Below are positions 49,202 to 64,000 of a stretch of 64,000 nucleotides of DNA, piece by piece. Source of the DNA: Marsupella aquatica (Eukaryota > Plantae > Marchantiophyta); assembly GCA_973895155.1 (NCBI GenBank), contig OZ316892.1, positions 5,922,476 to 5,986,475 of the forward strand, in the 5' to 3' direction. Made by a program: the position numbers and the translations under genes. The notes beneath the pieces were generated by a model that was given only the letters and a program-made list of their open reading frames with translations, did not search any database and had not been told where the DNA came from. Position 1 is the first letter of the stretch, and every line of letters begins with the position of its first letter.

Positions 49202-51375
49202 GAAGTAGACCTAGGATAGGCGTGATTTTATTGAACAACCTAGTGTATATTTTCATTTTCTTCCCTGTAGGACTATAAAGCCTAGCTGCAGCCATATGAG
49301 TGTTGAAGGAAAGGGTTCTCTACATGCATCATGCCGCAAAATGAGTTTTGGGAGCAAACCTAGAGATTACTTCGCAGGGTTTGTTTACACTACAATGTGT
49401 TTTTGGGAACACGAGAGCAAGCAATGGGTCATGCTCACCCGTTTCCTTCTCTTCTTTTTATAATATAGCATATTCATCCTGGAACATGAAAAGTTATTTT
49501 GTCCTCTAGCAAAAAGTTTAAGTTTTTTTAGTGAAATACAAGTGATCTAATTTTTTGTGGCAAATATAAATAGGACATTGATTAGGAAGCGTGACATTGA
49601 AAAATTGTGCACATAAAGTACAAGAGTAAAAGTACACATGTAAAGAAAAGTAATAATGAACAGGAAAAATTTAAGTCTATAGTATTGGGTTCTGCACATA
49701 CTATACACCACTAAAGATACTTACGTACTTATCTCAGGTAATGACACTCAAATGAATTAAAACCATAAATTTAGGACACAAAATCAAGAGTAGAACTTAA
49801 AGACATAAAGAGTGCACTTTAATTAGATCATTTCTTCTTCACTAAGGACTAGAACTTCCATGAGCTTTGTTAAAGGGTGGATGATCAAAAGTATATCAAA
49901 GATTGAAAAACTTAGAGGGGTGCCAGATTAAATTCAAAATCTAAAGTATACAAGGATGCACCTTGGTAAAACACATTGAATTAAAATATACAAGAAAAGA
50001 AGTTTGAATAAGACAAAATACTGGAAGATAGATTCACCATATAGCAGTATCATAGTTGGAATTTATAACACAGCGGCAGACGTCAGGTTCCAGGGAGAAC
50101 CGTGTTCGAGTTGTTCGCACTAGCTAATGGCTTCAGGTATCACTTTGTGGAGGGTTCTTTCTCCCTTTCCGTCACAAAACCTTTCTTCTTTACAGGAAAT
50201 AGTTGAAGCCCGGATAGATGGACCCAGCATGTGACCCCCATGGACTGTGACACCCTTTACACCTTAGCTCAGTGACGCCCTTCTAGTTTCCAAGAAGATT
50301 TTAACAGATAACATTGACCTTCAACACCTCTCTTGATGTACAGCTGAATCAGCTGTTTTTGGGTTTGTTAGAAGCAACTTGGAAAGATCTTTCCAATGAG
50401 TCTACTATGGCCAGTTTTCAACTATGGCCAGTTTTCATGAACAAGAGAGATATGTAAATTTATAAAGACTACCCAATCACTCAATGTCCACATTTTACAC
50501 TGTCTTGAAGCTTTTGAGTAGCTAACTCAGACATTCAATATCTCCATTGACACCCCATGGAATAGGCTATTTCTGGGCTCGTAAGAATTAATTTTGAACG
50601 ATCTTGGAGAGGTTAACTTGTTTTTGACAGTGTAAACTACCTCTCCAAGAGAACAGTGTCTCAACTACTTTAAATATAGTCCTTGTTTGCTTTGAAATTG
50701 TTCATAAGGATCCATCAAAATGAATATTTGCACCGGTTGTTACTCTTAGTCGTTGCTTGGGCAGTGCAGCAATAAGTTTCAGTTGTAATGGAAGCAGCAG
50801 TGAATGTGGTTTTGGAAGCTGTTTCGAAGGATTTCTCAATGATGTACTAAGGAACTCCAAACATTGCGATTCCCTGGCTAAACTTCTTCCACAAGCTGCA
50901 ATTGCTGGAAATCCCCTCAAGGAGCTAACTCCCAACGACAATCGATGTATTCAGGTTCTCGCTACGCTACCACCAGTGAGGTGTGCAAGGGGTATTGAGC
51001 AGCAGTATATAAAATATTTAGGTCAGGGATTCAACTCTTCGCGTTATAACCTCTCCTTCTCGGACGTGCCAGGTCATGTCGCGCAATCAAAAGTTCACTG
51101 TCCATCCGAGCTTTTCTCTCACATTTGGGATTACAAGACCTTCCCGAATGTCTAAGGTTTGCAAAATTGAACCAAAAACCAAAAACAGAAACCTCATTTC
51201 ATCGTGACATTGGACCACCTTTTTGTATTAAAGCTAACCGGAGGCTCAGGCTCATTGCTAATGAACTCTAGGTTCAAAACGCACAACAATTTTATTCATA
51301 TGTTGCAATCTATAAATATTGTACAAACTCATCTGGAAAATTTTACATCAGGGCCGAACGAATGTAAATTTCGAG

Positions 51376-53308
51376 TCAGAGAGCTGTGTTTTTCTTCGAG
51401 GAGTTCATATATGGCCTTACTACCCACTCGTTTTGTGCCTCCACCTGGTCCACAGTGCCCAGCTTGATCTGCAACACAATATGGGGTGATTCGTGTGAAT
51501 GTGTACATAAAGCTCACTCAATGTATTTGTAGAACAATCAATAACGGCAGTAAATATGAATCTAGCTCGCGACAGAAAAAGCCTCCAGAGATAGCTCACC
51601 TGATACAGACGCAGCTCAAAACGAGGCCCTACCTCCTTCAAGTCCAGAGATTTCACTCCTGCCGGTTTTTCATAAACGTGATGCCTGGAAATGAAAAGCA
51701 TTATCAGAAATGGTTTAAAAAGGACACACTCGATACAGTTTGACAGTTTAACTGAAAAACACTTTAACTAACCTGAAAGAAATGTAGTCGGCCTGATTCG
51801 CAAATGTAATAATTCGTTTTGTTTCCACTTTTGGTTCTGGAAACAAAAACTTCAAAATCGACGCTGTCCTCTGGCCAAGCTGAATTCTCAGGAAACGGAC
51901 TCTATTAGCGGCTGTAAAACACGTATGACATGTCAACTGACGGTAACCAGTTTAAACAAGGAAACAGATTTAAAGCAAGTAACACTGCTACCACCACCCT
52001 ATTCTAGGCCCTGAAGAAAAATCCAAAATAAAAAGAAAATTTGAGTCATTCCAGTGAGAAGCTTTTGCGTCGTGTACCTTGGTACTGAAGTTATCCAGGA
52101 TCAGATGAGGATAAGCTTCTGACATTGTCCCTAAAGTTTGCTTATCTTTGATATCATGCCTCGTAACCTGTCACGACAATTCACCCTCGTCAGATCTTCA
52201 ATCTCATTCAAGGCCATCGAGTCAAAGACGAATAAAAACCAAGGAGAACAATTGCAGTACCTACCACGTTGAGGAGACCGAAATACGCAGTTGGACCGAA
52301 CGGTAGGTGGCAGATAATGAGACCGTCAGGCTCTCCTCGATGTTCATGGACCAACAGTATGTCTGTAAAATCATTGTTCTTACACGATTCTACAATGTCC
52401 GAAATAACCTGGCACGGATGAAGAGATTGGAAGATCAGTCTTCAAAGAACATCAAAAACACTTTTGCATAATCCAGAATGCCAGATAATAAAAGCGGAAA
52501 CGATAGATCTCGATACCCACCTGGCCACCACGATTGATCCGTTGGGCATTTGGAAACACTATCTTCAACTCCTGCAGAAACCAAAAAGTCCTTTGGTGGT
52601 AAGAAGATTTTGTACTACAACTGCTGCAAGACAGAGAACAAAATTCTCATCAGATTTGTCCAAAGCCGTTACTGGACACTGACAGAGATGGGAGAGCAGG
52701 AGGGGGGCATTGAGCGGGTAAATCTTGTCTACCTTTACAAACTGTGTTAGTCGACTGCTGGGATCCCTGGATGTAGTTAAGAGGATTTTCGGGTCCTTTT
52801 CAGCGGCATTGGCATACTCATCATCAATATGCGTCCCTAATTCTGCATTTGGTAAATTAATCGTTAAAAATTTGGTAAATTAATCGTCGTATACTTTCAG
52901 CGCAATCTGACGAACAAAGTGCTTAAATCCTCAGCAGTCAACCCTAAAAAACTTCCGTGTACCGGTGGTGTTTTCATCATCAAGGTCTATCTCCTCGCGA
53001 AGCCCTGCCTCCTCGTTCCTCAGCTCTGTCGGTATTGCCTTTCCCTCTGAACATTAACAGAAGATTACGAACTCAGTAATTGAACCTCTTTCCTTTGGGA
53101 CCAAGGCGTGAACAGGAGGAACATCGGGTTTCAAAAGGTGGGGTTTAGCGTGTGAACTAAAACCCTAATCGACGAAACTCAATGCGAGTCGAATACCTTC
53201 AAGGGCGAGTCGAATTTTACGCTTCTTCTCATAGAGCGCGCGCTCTTTCCCATCCAAGCTCTTTCGGTACAGGAACTCTCTCCGCAACCTGGTGGTCCGC
53301 CTTATCAT
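51376..53308 (-). CDS. IMP4: U3 snoRNP protein IMP4 (Brix domain), about 9 exons
   Basis: Exon 1 (53308-53197) MIRRTTRLRREFLYRKSL; internal DPKILLTTSRDPSSRL, HEHRGEPDGLIICHLPFGPTAYF, ITFANQADYISFRHH, EVGPRFELRLYQ; last exon IKLGTVDQVEAQNEWVVRPYMNSSKK. Confidence 0.96.
53160..53168 (+). promoter_or_regulatory. Telo-box (AAACCCTAA) in IMP4 intron 1
   Basis: Exact motif near the 5' end of a ribosome-biogenesis gene, where telo-boxes are commonly found in plants. Confidence 0.45.
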
Positions 53309-53549
53309 TTTTCGATCGAGAAAATTCAACCGGCTGCTGGAGCTGAGGCGACCTTCTGATGGGCTGGGCGAAATGGATGAAGAACTAAAAAAACGCCAGG
53401 CAGTTCGAGTGTCACGGCATCGGCCTTTGGATCACCACGCGATGCAGAAATCACGGTGATCGATAGCGGGAGACAGAAACGGAGACAGAATCGTAGACGT
53501 TTGATAGAGGACACTCTGTGCATGGGGAATTTAGGGATTGAGTCATTCG

Positions 53550-54350
53550 TCCTCCATAAAGCAACAGTCGAGGGTTTTAGATGAGGGTTTTTGGATGAGG
53601 GTTTTTGGATGAGGGTTTGGACAGCATTTCTCCAAAGGTTTTTTTGTTTGTTTGTTTGCCTTGAAACAAAGTTTGTCCTCTTTGGACAAGAGGACCTCTT
53701 TTTCTTTGTACTTTGTTTTATCCTGATTTATAAATTTTGGTGGAAGTTTATTGAAAACCTGACCCATCCAACAGAACTCCTGTGTATGAGCCTATGTGAG
53801 GTAGCCACAAGGGGGTTTAGGGTTTAGGATCCCATAGGGACCCAGACCAGGAGGGAGAGAGGGTTTTCAAAATATTTTTTTCCACCAAAAGCTGGTGGAT
53901 GAGTGATAAGTATGAATGATGTCTCCATCCAAACCTTTGAACTAGGATGAGATTGTAGGTAGTTACAGTATTCTAGGATTCAACACTACTATCTCATCCG
54001 AGCAATTTTATTCTACATGTGTGTTATTGTAGTTACTGTTACATCCCTCTTCCAGAAAGCAACAGTCAGGGGTTTCTTGTGAGGGTTTGGGCAGTATTTC
54101 TCCAAAACGTTTAAAAAATGTTTTTCCACAGAAAGCCTAGAGGATGAGTGATAAGCTGGAATGAGGTCTCCATCCAAACCTTTGAACTTGGATGAGATAG
54201 TAGTTACAGTATTCTCGGATTTGATACTGTATATGATCTCATCTAAGCAATTTTATTCTACATGTGTGTTATTGTAGTTACAGTATCTCATCCCTTGTCC
54301 ATAAAGCAACAGTGAAGGGTTTCTTGTGAGGGTTTGGGCAGTATTTCCAT
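53550..54350. repeat. ~245-bp diverged tandem duplication plus a partial third copy
   Basis: AAAGCAACAGT..GGGTTT at about 53558, 54056 and 54303; GGATGAGTGATAAG...CTCCATCCAAACCTTTGAACT at about 53897 and 54141. The same core occurs at about 28612. Confidence 0.8.
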
Positions 54351-56430
54351 ATACCATTTAGTATGTGAGGTCGCTAGCCTTGGAAGGTGTTTGTCTATTA
54401 CCTCAGTCTTTACTCTATGATTGGATACTTGAATGTTGGCACAAGGATAGATTCTAGCACTTGCATTTGTAGAACTCCAGATGGTCCCTAGAAATAAAAA
54501 TAAATTGGGTATTGGGATAAACTCTTTCTTTCACCAATACTTTAAATTGTAGTAGCTTTGGGTAGCGGGGGACTAACCTTACTTGCGAATTAAGTCTCCC
54601 GTGTATATTTGGTTTCATTACTCGTGTGTCTGTGAAGAAAATATATGCTACCATGAGGAAATATATCCTGTTTGCTCTGCCATGTTATGACCTGTACAAG
54701 GTGTACTGTCATTTAATTCGGAGGATCTGTACACAGGTTGACTGTTTGTAAGACAAGAATTCTATTGTGCTTCTGTAGATGGATTTAAAAGCGTAACGGT
54801 AAATGGCAAAAGTAACAGAGAATCACCACTTTCCAATGAAATAATGGTTTGATCGGGAGTTTGATTTCCTTTCCAGGAATACCACTACGATATGTGTAAG
54901 TGTATACTGAGTCCATGATCGGCTGTCACATGTGCAGCTGAGTAAGGGATGTACGTAATACGTGGTTTCAGGTCTGCAAGCAATTCCCCGAGGCAACTCG
55001 ACAAGTTGGAACTTGCTATAGCTTCACTGCCTTGGAGAGAGCGGGCCAGCGGGGGAGAGAGATCGATGAGACACAGGATCGCTACAGCAGAACCTCTCTT
55101 TCTACGCGACCCAAATAAGAAATTGGAATCACATCAAAACTCAACTTCATTTCGAACAAGAGTTTCAACAGTTACGAATGAAAGGTCGTAACCTGAATTA
55201 TTTGAAGAAATAGATGACGACCTGCTCAGAAACTAAAATTGGTTTTAACTAGTGTTTTAGTTTGCAACTTAAAGAAAGTATTGACAATCACCCCGAGAGG
55301 CAACTTTGAACCGTAAATTGGAGAGTTTCCTTTATTTTCTCATTGCCCTGTACTGGCCAGATTCATGAGCTAGAGGGAGCTGCACAAGCAGATCGAGATC
55401 GATGCATGCAGAACTACACTAGCTTGATTGAAATGGAATTGAGGCTTTATTGAGAGCTCAGGTCCAAGCTCAATTATGTACCAAAAATAATAGATAGCAA
55501 GAAGAATTTGTGTCGGTAGAAGTTCTTGTAGCTATCATGATAATGTTCTTTGTGACTAAACTATTATTATTAGAGTTAATCTTCTGTCTCTTGAACTATC
55601 TTAACTGGACGACAACGTTTGAGGTCTATATTCATAACCGGATTGCGAAGGTGAATGAAATCCTCACATTGATTTATATCGTGGTGACTTAGGAAGGTGT
55701 ATCTACACTTCCCTGTCTGATGATTCATCACTCGGAAGTTTTTGTCGATTGTTTTCCTCTATATATGGATCAATGACTATCATACCCCATCGATGCTTAA
55801 ATTCTAGTAATTAATATTGAAAGCATCGACCAATATCATCATCCGCAACGACGTTAGGTGACATTCTAATGTATATTGAAATGTTTACCAGCAGCAGTCA
55901 GGATGTTCGACGTTGCCAAGCTGCGCAAGGGACGCAATGTGTATCCGTCTTGCACTAACTGGTGGCATCGAACAGGGCAGAGATCTTTTTTATCGCTTTG
56001 GATGGACATTCTGTACTTGGGTTGCTAGCTAGTGGGACAAGAAGAGGGCAGGCCAGTACTAAAGGGCTGTTACGCGTGAGCGGTTGTCAAGCCCTAGCTA
56101 CTGACCACCATCAGTCCAAATTCTAATATTAGTTTGATTCAAGCTCTAGAGAGCAGCTCTTCCGAATTCATCGGAGATCGATCGAACGCATAACGCGTTC
56201 AGAATCATTCTTCTCTTTCGAAACGCCAAAAACTCAAAAAATGGAATTGAAAACGGTCTGTAAATACTCAGATTCGTTGAATGCAATGGTCCTGATTCGA
56301 TAGATGCTGTCGGCGCGCACAACAGACTGTCTATTTGTTCTCCTGCTTGTTGGTGGTCTTTTGACGGTCTGATTCAGGGCCTGCTTCGGGGTTGCAGACT
56401 TCTTGGTAGTCACCGTCTTGTAATTGGTGA

Positions 56431-58360
<1,930 letters not shown>

Positions 58361-61300
58361 CTCCACTGTCGAAATTGCTCCGGGGCCGGGGCCTCTCCAG
58401 GTGATCTCCTACCTTGCAAGGAAATAGTAACATGTCAGTCTACTGCGCCCAAGCAGTAGATGGCAAACTGCAAATTGAAAACCCTACCAAGCCTGCCACG
58501 TACCAAGTTTCTCTCTTCTAGAGCACACCCACTAGTAGCATTCTAACTGGCATACGAAACAATTCTAGTCATCTCCTGTTTCGATGTTTGTTCATGTCAC
58601 TATACATTCAAAGTATCCATATTATATCTAATGAAAAGCTCACGAAAGTTGCTGTGACAGACAGTACAACAGGAGATGCGTCAGGAACTTCAGTACTCTA
58701 TCTTGACGTACTTTCTGTAGCTTCCAATGATCCTGCAGAACCTTAAGTTTGATAGAAAGCTGGGACGAAGCCCCAACGAGATCTTCAATTAAGTTTTCCG
58801 GATGCATCAATTACAATCTATCCAATTTCAAATGTTCAGATTCAAGGACAAAATGGAATTTTGCTCGATGGGCCTTTTGAGTGACTCACCTGTGTGGTCC
58901 TTTGAACGGTGCCGTGACTAATATTTCAAATTTTACTACAAAAGGCTGCACAGATCTAGAAGGTATCATGTACGTCCTGTGATTCCAAGTTTCAGATGGA
59001 TGTCGTACCGATCGCTCTTGCTGCAAGCGACTCTTTAGCAGCGAGGAACTGCTTTAGACGCAAATGAATTGTACCTCACGGTCATCGTACCGTCCAGTTT
59101 TATAATATAATGCAAGCTTGTTCTCTGACTGTAATGAGCGAGCGTGCAACATTTCTCTGACAGCCTCGTTTTAGTTAACGATTTTCCCACGGAATCGAGT
59201 CTAGTGGAGATGTCTGACAGATGGATCCCGCGAGTGTTTTTCGGACACGGTTTCCAGCTACGGACTCGGACTTCTTCCGAGACCTGCGCCTTGCTCAGGA
59301 TCCGGACCTGTTTTGTATACCTGGGCCACAAGTTTTGTGCCACAACTTAAGTACTCTGATCAATGCAGGTGAGAGATGATCATGTAGTGAAAAAGTCAAC
59401 CCCACTGTACCATTGGACAGTGCTGAGGGTTCAAAACAGTACAGTTACTAGGCATAACTGTGGGAAGTTTTGTCCATAAGGTACGTACAGCACTAGACTG
59501 GAGTTCAAGCAAATTCGACTATATTAAGATACATTACCAAAGGATGCATATTCAACATCAACAGCACAGTTGAGGTTTGTTTGTTTACTTCAAAGAATCA
59601 GTAATGTTAAAGTCGACCTAACTTCTAAAGTTTACAGATAGATATCTGAGAATTAGAAATACCACATTATCCGTAATTCCTGGGGAAGGATTCGTGCCCA
59701 CGAAAGAGATGTCTGTGGTTGTAAGTGCCAACACTGTAGTTATGTGCTCAAATCTGGCTAATCATGCCTGTGTGTGCTGTCTACTAGATATGCTCTCATT
59801 GGAGGTTGCAGGGATCATTAACAGTTGTAATGGGATTTGAGTAACCCCATAGTCAGAGGCTCCAGCCTTATTTATTATGAATGGTGTGGTGTATAATCTT
59901 TGACTCGATCTAAGTAGTGAGAGGCCGTATTTAGCAATTTTCTGCTGCGTGCGCCCAGAAGTTCCGGTTGGGGTTCTCATTCCACCAAAGCTCTCCATCT
60001 AGGATTGCAACGCAGTAATGCATAATTAAATGGGTTGTACCAGAAGATGATCCGCGTATTTAACGCCTTAGGCTTGCTTAGAGATGCGCAAAGATGATAG
60101 CCTCTTTTCAAACTAACCTCAACGCGGACCCTACTACGTTCCCAACCTTTCGATTGCCGTAGAATTAATTATAACTATTCAAAGGAGTCCAAGTGCAAGT
60201 GTCCACACTCGGAATGACGGGAAGCACGATAAATTGATGCGTAGGCCTTCCTGGAGCTGTTTGGAAAGGGCCCATAAAGTATCATGTACGACACCCTGAA
60301 AGGCAGCCCACTCTCTCAGCATCGTCAAGGAGCAATGCTCGCCGTCTCGTTCGCCGTGCCTTATGTCTCGACGAACTATATCACTTACCATGATATGAAA
60401 AGCTGTCTCCATGTCCGGGCCCACATATATGCTGCACATGATCAGGCTCTCAAGTTACGATCGTATAGTCCTCTGATGATCTGCTTGCTGGAAATATAGA
60501 TATCGCACATTGCCGAAGAAGAAACGCGCCAAACCGGACTTCAGGCACGATGGCAAAAAACAAAAATGGCGAAACCGGGAGACACGATCCGAAAGGCAAG
60601 GCAGGAGACTCCATAAGTGGGTATGGAAAGGATTATATGTATTGACAAGAGTGGATCCAAGCTGGCTACAAGCAACTCTCATCACCCAAACAACGCAGAC
60701 ATTCGAGTTTAGGGTTTGTATCACTCAATTGCTGGGCTAGCTTGCTACTTTCTCCTTTCTCCGGCCAGGATCTCTATAGTCAAGCACAGGAGCATTAAAT
60801 ATATTACAGAACTGTTGCGCATCACTAGCTAGTCGTGTGGTAGTGCTGCATTACCAACTTATGATCAGCATTTTAGTCTTATCGAACAGGGACTGAATCA
60901 GGAATGAATAGAATTGTGCTCACAGCAACTAGCGTGCATTTACCCTAAATCGTGAACGAGGGTACCAATACAGATTGTAAACCCAAAGACCTCACGAATC
61001 TAGAAACTTGAAATTTGCACTTTAGATTATTGGTCACGACCAAATCCCCTACCTTCACAAATTCGGAGGGAAGATTTGAAGGGCGCAGTCGATCTGTTAA
61101 TGATCTTTGGCCTCAATCGAATAGAAACTGCAATTCATGCATGTGATGGAGTTTGCTTAGTTATAGTCGTCGATCCCTTGTGTTCCTGCAGGCACATGCA
61201 CTCCTACAGGTACTATCATGCATTAGAACCTTCAGCATCATTGAGTTCTGCTTATGGAATGTTGCATGTGTCAAGCTTAACATTCTAATTATATTCTGAA

Positions 61301-63359
61301 TTTAAGCTTCCATGCCAGGGGAAAGGGATCACATAGAGTTGAGTTTAATTTAATTAGTAGGTAGTTACTTTGAACGGCAATCTTTCAGAGGACACAGGGC
61401 CTATATATGTCCGGCTTTTGACAATCTGATCGAACAACCATTTCGAAGGCATCTGTAAAATCATATTATCTGAAACCGTAACTGCCTGGTTACCAGTCGA
61501 CTGATGGAGATAGTTGTCATTAAGTTTAGGTCACCAATTGTCACATTTCACAACCTTGCCTTCAATTCATGATCCGATATTAATGGACCATTTGGATGTC
61601 AATAGTCTTTGAGAAGTTCTTCCATCAAAGCAGGCATTTCCGAGCTTAGGTAGACAGAAAGGCAGAGACTTTCATTCTTTCGCAAGAACTAATTGCCAAA
61701 GTCACTGCGGCACTGGGAACATATTATGGTGAAATTGTAACGAGCCCGTAATTGATCATCAGGGTGACCTTGGCGGCAGGCATTGTCAGCGAATTCTCCT
61801 TAGTTTCAACAGTGTAAACACGTCCAAGCAGTTGCTACCGTCTAACCTTGGAGCAATTTCTAGTCAACAGGATGAATGATAGATTTGACATACTCACAAG
61901 GTGCCGGTCCTGTTAATGCAAAAGTTGATCTTGGGTTGGCATCATGCCATCGATTTTGGTGGTACTTCCTACTCACCTAGACAGTTTCGCCTTCTGAGAC
62001 CATTTTTTGAGCCGGTAAAGCATTACGAAATTCTCTCTTTTGTGCCAACTGGTTCAGAAGTACAGACTGTAATTAATTGAAGTGTTTGGCAACTTTGCTG
62101 ATTGACACGGACTTTGATACTTAGAAGCTCTTCTGTGCCGAACGAATGGTTCAACTTGGGAAGTTCGTCATTCAGCATGAAATCAAGATAATTAGAAAGT
62201 GGAAGCATCTGAGTGTGCTAAGCTCCACTACCTTGAATCCCTGAGTTTGGTGGTAAATTGATCACGCTTGTTTACAGGTCCACCCCCAAGCACCAGCGTC
62301 ACCGTCTAGAGTCTTCGAATCACTCTCGACAATCCTAGCTTTCAATTACTTTGCAGTAGATACTAGCCTGGTTACCGCGTCCGTGAACTAAATAGAGATG
62401 AGACCAAAAAAGTGTTTGGAAAAAAATAATTCCTTATTTCTTCCTGTTCATTTCTGCCCCCATCTATGTTTTCTGTATAATGCTTTCAATTATCTCCTCC
62501 TCTTCATTGTGCCCCCATCAATGTTTTGTGTATGCACTTTGAATTATCTCCTTAGAGTCATTGACTAGCGGTTCCCTCTAGACAATGGCGACTGCCGAGT
62601 AGGTTTTGATACTTAGCCCTTTACTAGTAGCATAGTGTCTCATTAAAAATCCAAGAATGAAAATGCTGCTGCAGATGTGAAGAGCCTCACTTAATAAATG
62701 GTGTCTTACATCAAGCATGACTGTTCTGGGTCATAAACACCCTAAAACAAAATTCCTTTTAGTGCTCTACATTGGAATAAAAAGCCTCCATGATTTTTAC
62801 AGAAATTTAAAAGATTTCCACTTCACTCACAAAAATAAATTATTATATTAATTTGCAAGTGATGAGTAGGAAGAACACAATTGAGGACCCAGGGCTCCAG
62901 ATGCAATGATTTCTATTACATCTTACTAAGAGTATATATTATGCACAAAGAATGAGCACGCCTTGATTAAAAGGGGCTTTACAAGAACTAGGAGGCAGGT
63001 TTTATTTTTCCTAAGTATGTTTGAGATACAATAGTAGTCATTCAAATGTGTGGACATGCATGCCAATTGAAACTTCACTTTGCATGGAATGAAATTCGAA
63101 GAAAATATAGCAAAACAGTTCCCAATCCCAGTCACCTAATAGTGGGTGCTTTAGTTCTTGCTGATGTGGCCAAGCATGCTTTTCTGTCAAATTAAACCTT
63201 AGACCACATCTTGAGCTAGTTGGTCTGACTAAGAATGGACAACTTGGCCCATTCCTATTCAGGTTCTTGCATTTATTTTCTTTAGGGCTCACACCTTTAG
63301 CTCAGGCACTTTGACTTTTGAGTACACATGGACCTCATGTTGAAATGGGTGAACAGTGG

Positions 63360-63545
63360 CCACTTGTGCCCCAAATTGTTGTAAAACCCCCCTAATTACT
63401 TAGGTCGTTTGTCCCAACAGGCTTGACCATGCATTTGTGGCCCCGAGTTCTTGTAAAGCCCCTCTAATCACTTGAATTCCGACTTTGCCCCCAAGTTCTT
63501 GTCGAGCCCCTTTAATCACTTGAGTTCCTACTTTGCCCCAAGTCA
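63360..63545. repeat. Degenerate short tandem repeat (~45-70 bp, 3-4 copies)
   Basis: Recurrent TTG(T/C)CCCCAAGTTCTTGT..AGCCCCT.TAATCACTTGA.TTCC.ACTTTG. Confidence 0.7.
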
Positions 63546-64000
63546 TGATCCAGGGAAAGTGTGAATCGAAAACTTCTGGAGGTTGCAAATTGGATGCTTG
63601 ATGCACTAGCACACTGCAGGTGCATGATTATGCAGCCTTGAACTTGCAGAATGACGCAGTGAGGACCCGCATTCTACCAGCTGTTGACTTTGGTGGAATA
63701 GGACCCCCTGCCACTCAACAATTACATTTTGGTTGTTTGCAAACAAATTCCATCCTTGAAGTAAGGGAAAAGGACCAATTTACTAGACAGATGGACACAA
63801 ACTTTTGACATGACCAGAAAGTTAGTCTCTATGTAAACTAAGTAGTACTATAATTATGTACTGGCATCTAGCATAGCTAGTCCCTTATATATACCTATAT
63901 ACTTCTTGTTACTTAAAGCAAATACTCGGGGGTTTCACTTCCACAAAAATGGCATATCACGTGCGACGAAGGATAGGGTCATTTTATTGGTTCTAAGGGA

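Noticed and set aside
58400-63300. Short ORFs upstream of the peroxidase
   Set aside because: No domain similarity or splice-consistent structure; treated as intergenic or 5' regulatory DNA.

Overview
Eukaryotic, intron-containing plant genomic DNA; gene structures and content suggest a non-seed land plant such as a liverwort (inference, not established). From about 11.9 kb onward the window is ordinary host sequence. It holds a CYP85-clan P450, an HDHD3-like hydrolase, RPL10A, a Ser-rich calmodulin-binding protein, CSN8, IMP4 and a class III peroxidase, interspersed with a 5'-truncated CRE-like non-LTR retrotransposon, a foldback/MITE and several tandem repeats. The first 8.5 kb is the notable part: a large transposon-like element cut off by the left edge. 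It carries a divergent gene pair and a third gene. On the minus strand is a gene with tandem Tnp1/En/Spm-like domains. On the plus strand is a spliced ~1150-codon gene fusing a ParB/Srx-like domain to a beta-class N4C/N6A DNA-methyltransferase-like region, followed by an FCP1/NIF-like phosphatase gene. The element contains 17 copies of a 17-bp palindrome, CTCGAG-ATCRT-CTCGAG. The copies lie only in introns and upstream non-coding DNA, occur in all three predicted introns, and flip orientation across the divergent promoter. This suggests a self-recognition (parS-like or VANC-like) DNA-modification or anti-silencing module; that reading is a hypothesis, and this copy is disabled by two C>T stops and a frameshift. 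The 8.5-11.4 kb stretch is a mosaic with a captured CCD1-like fragment, an orphan ORF, a D-armless tRNA-like fold and a Myb/SANT-like ORF. All domain calls come from motif recognition by eye; no searches were run.
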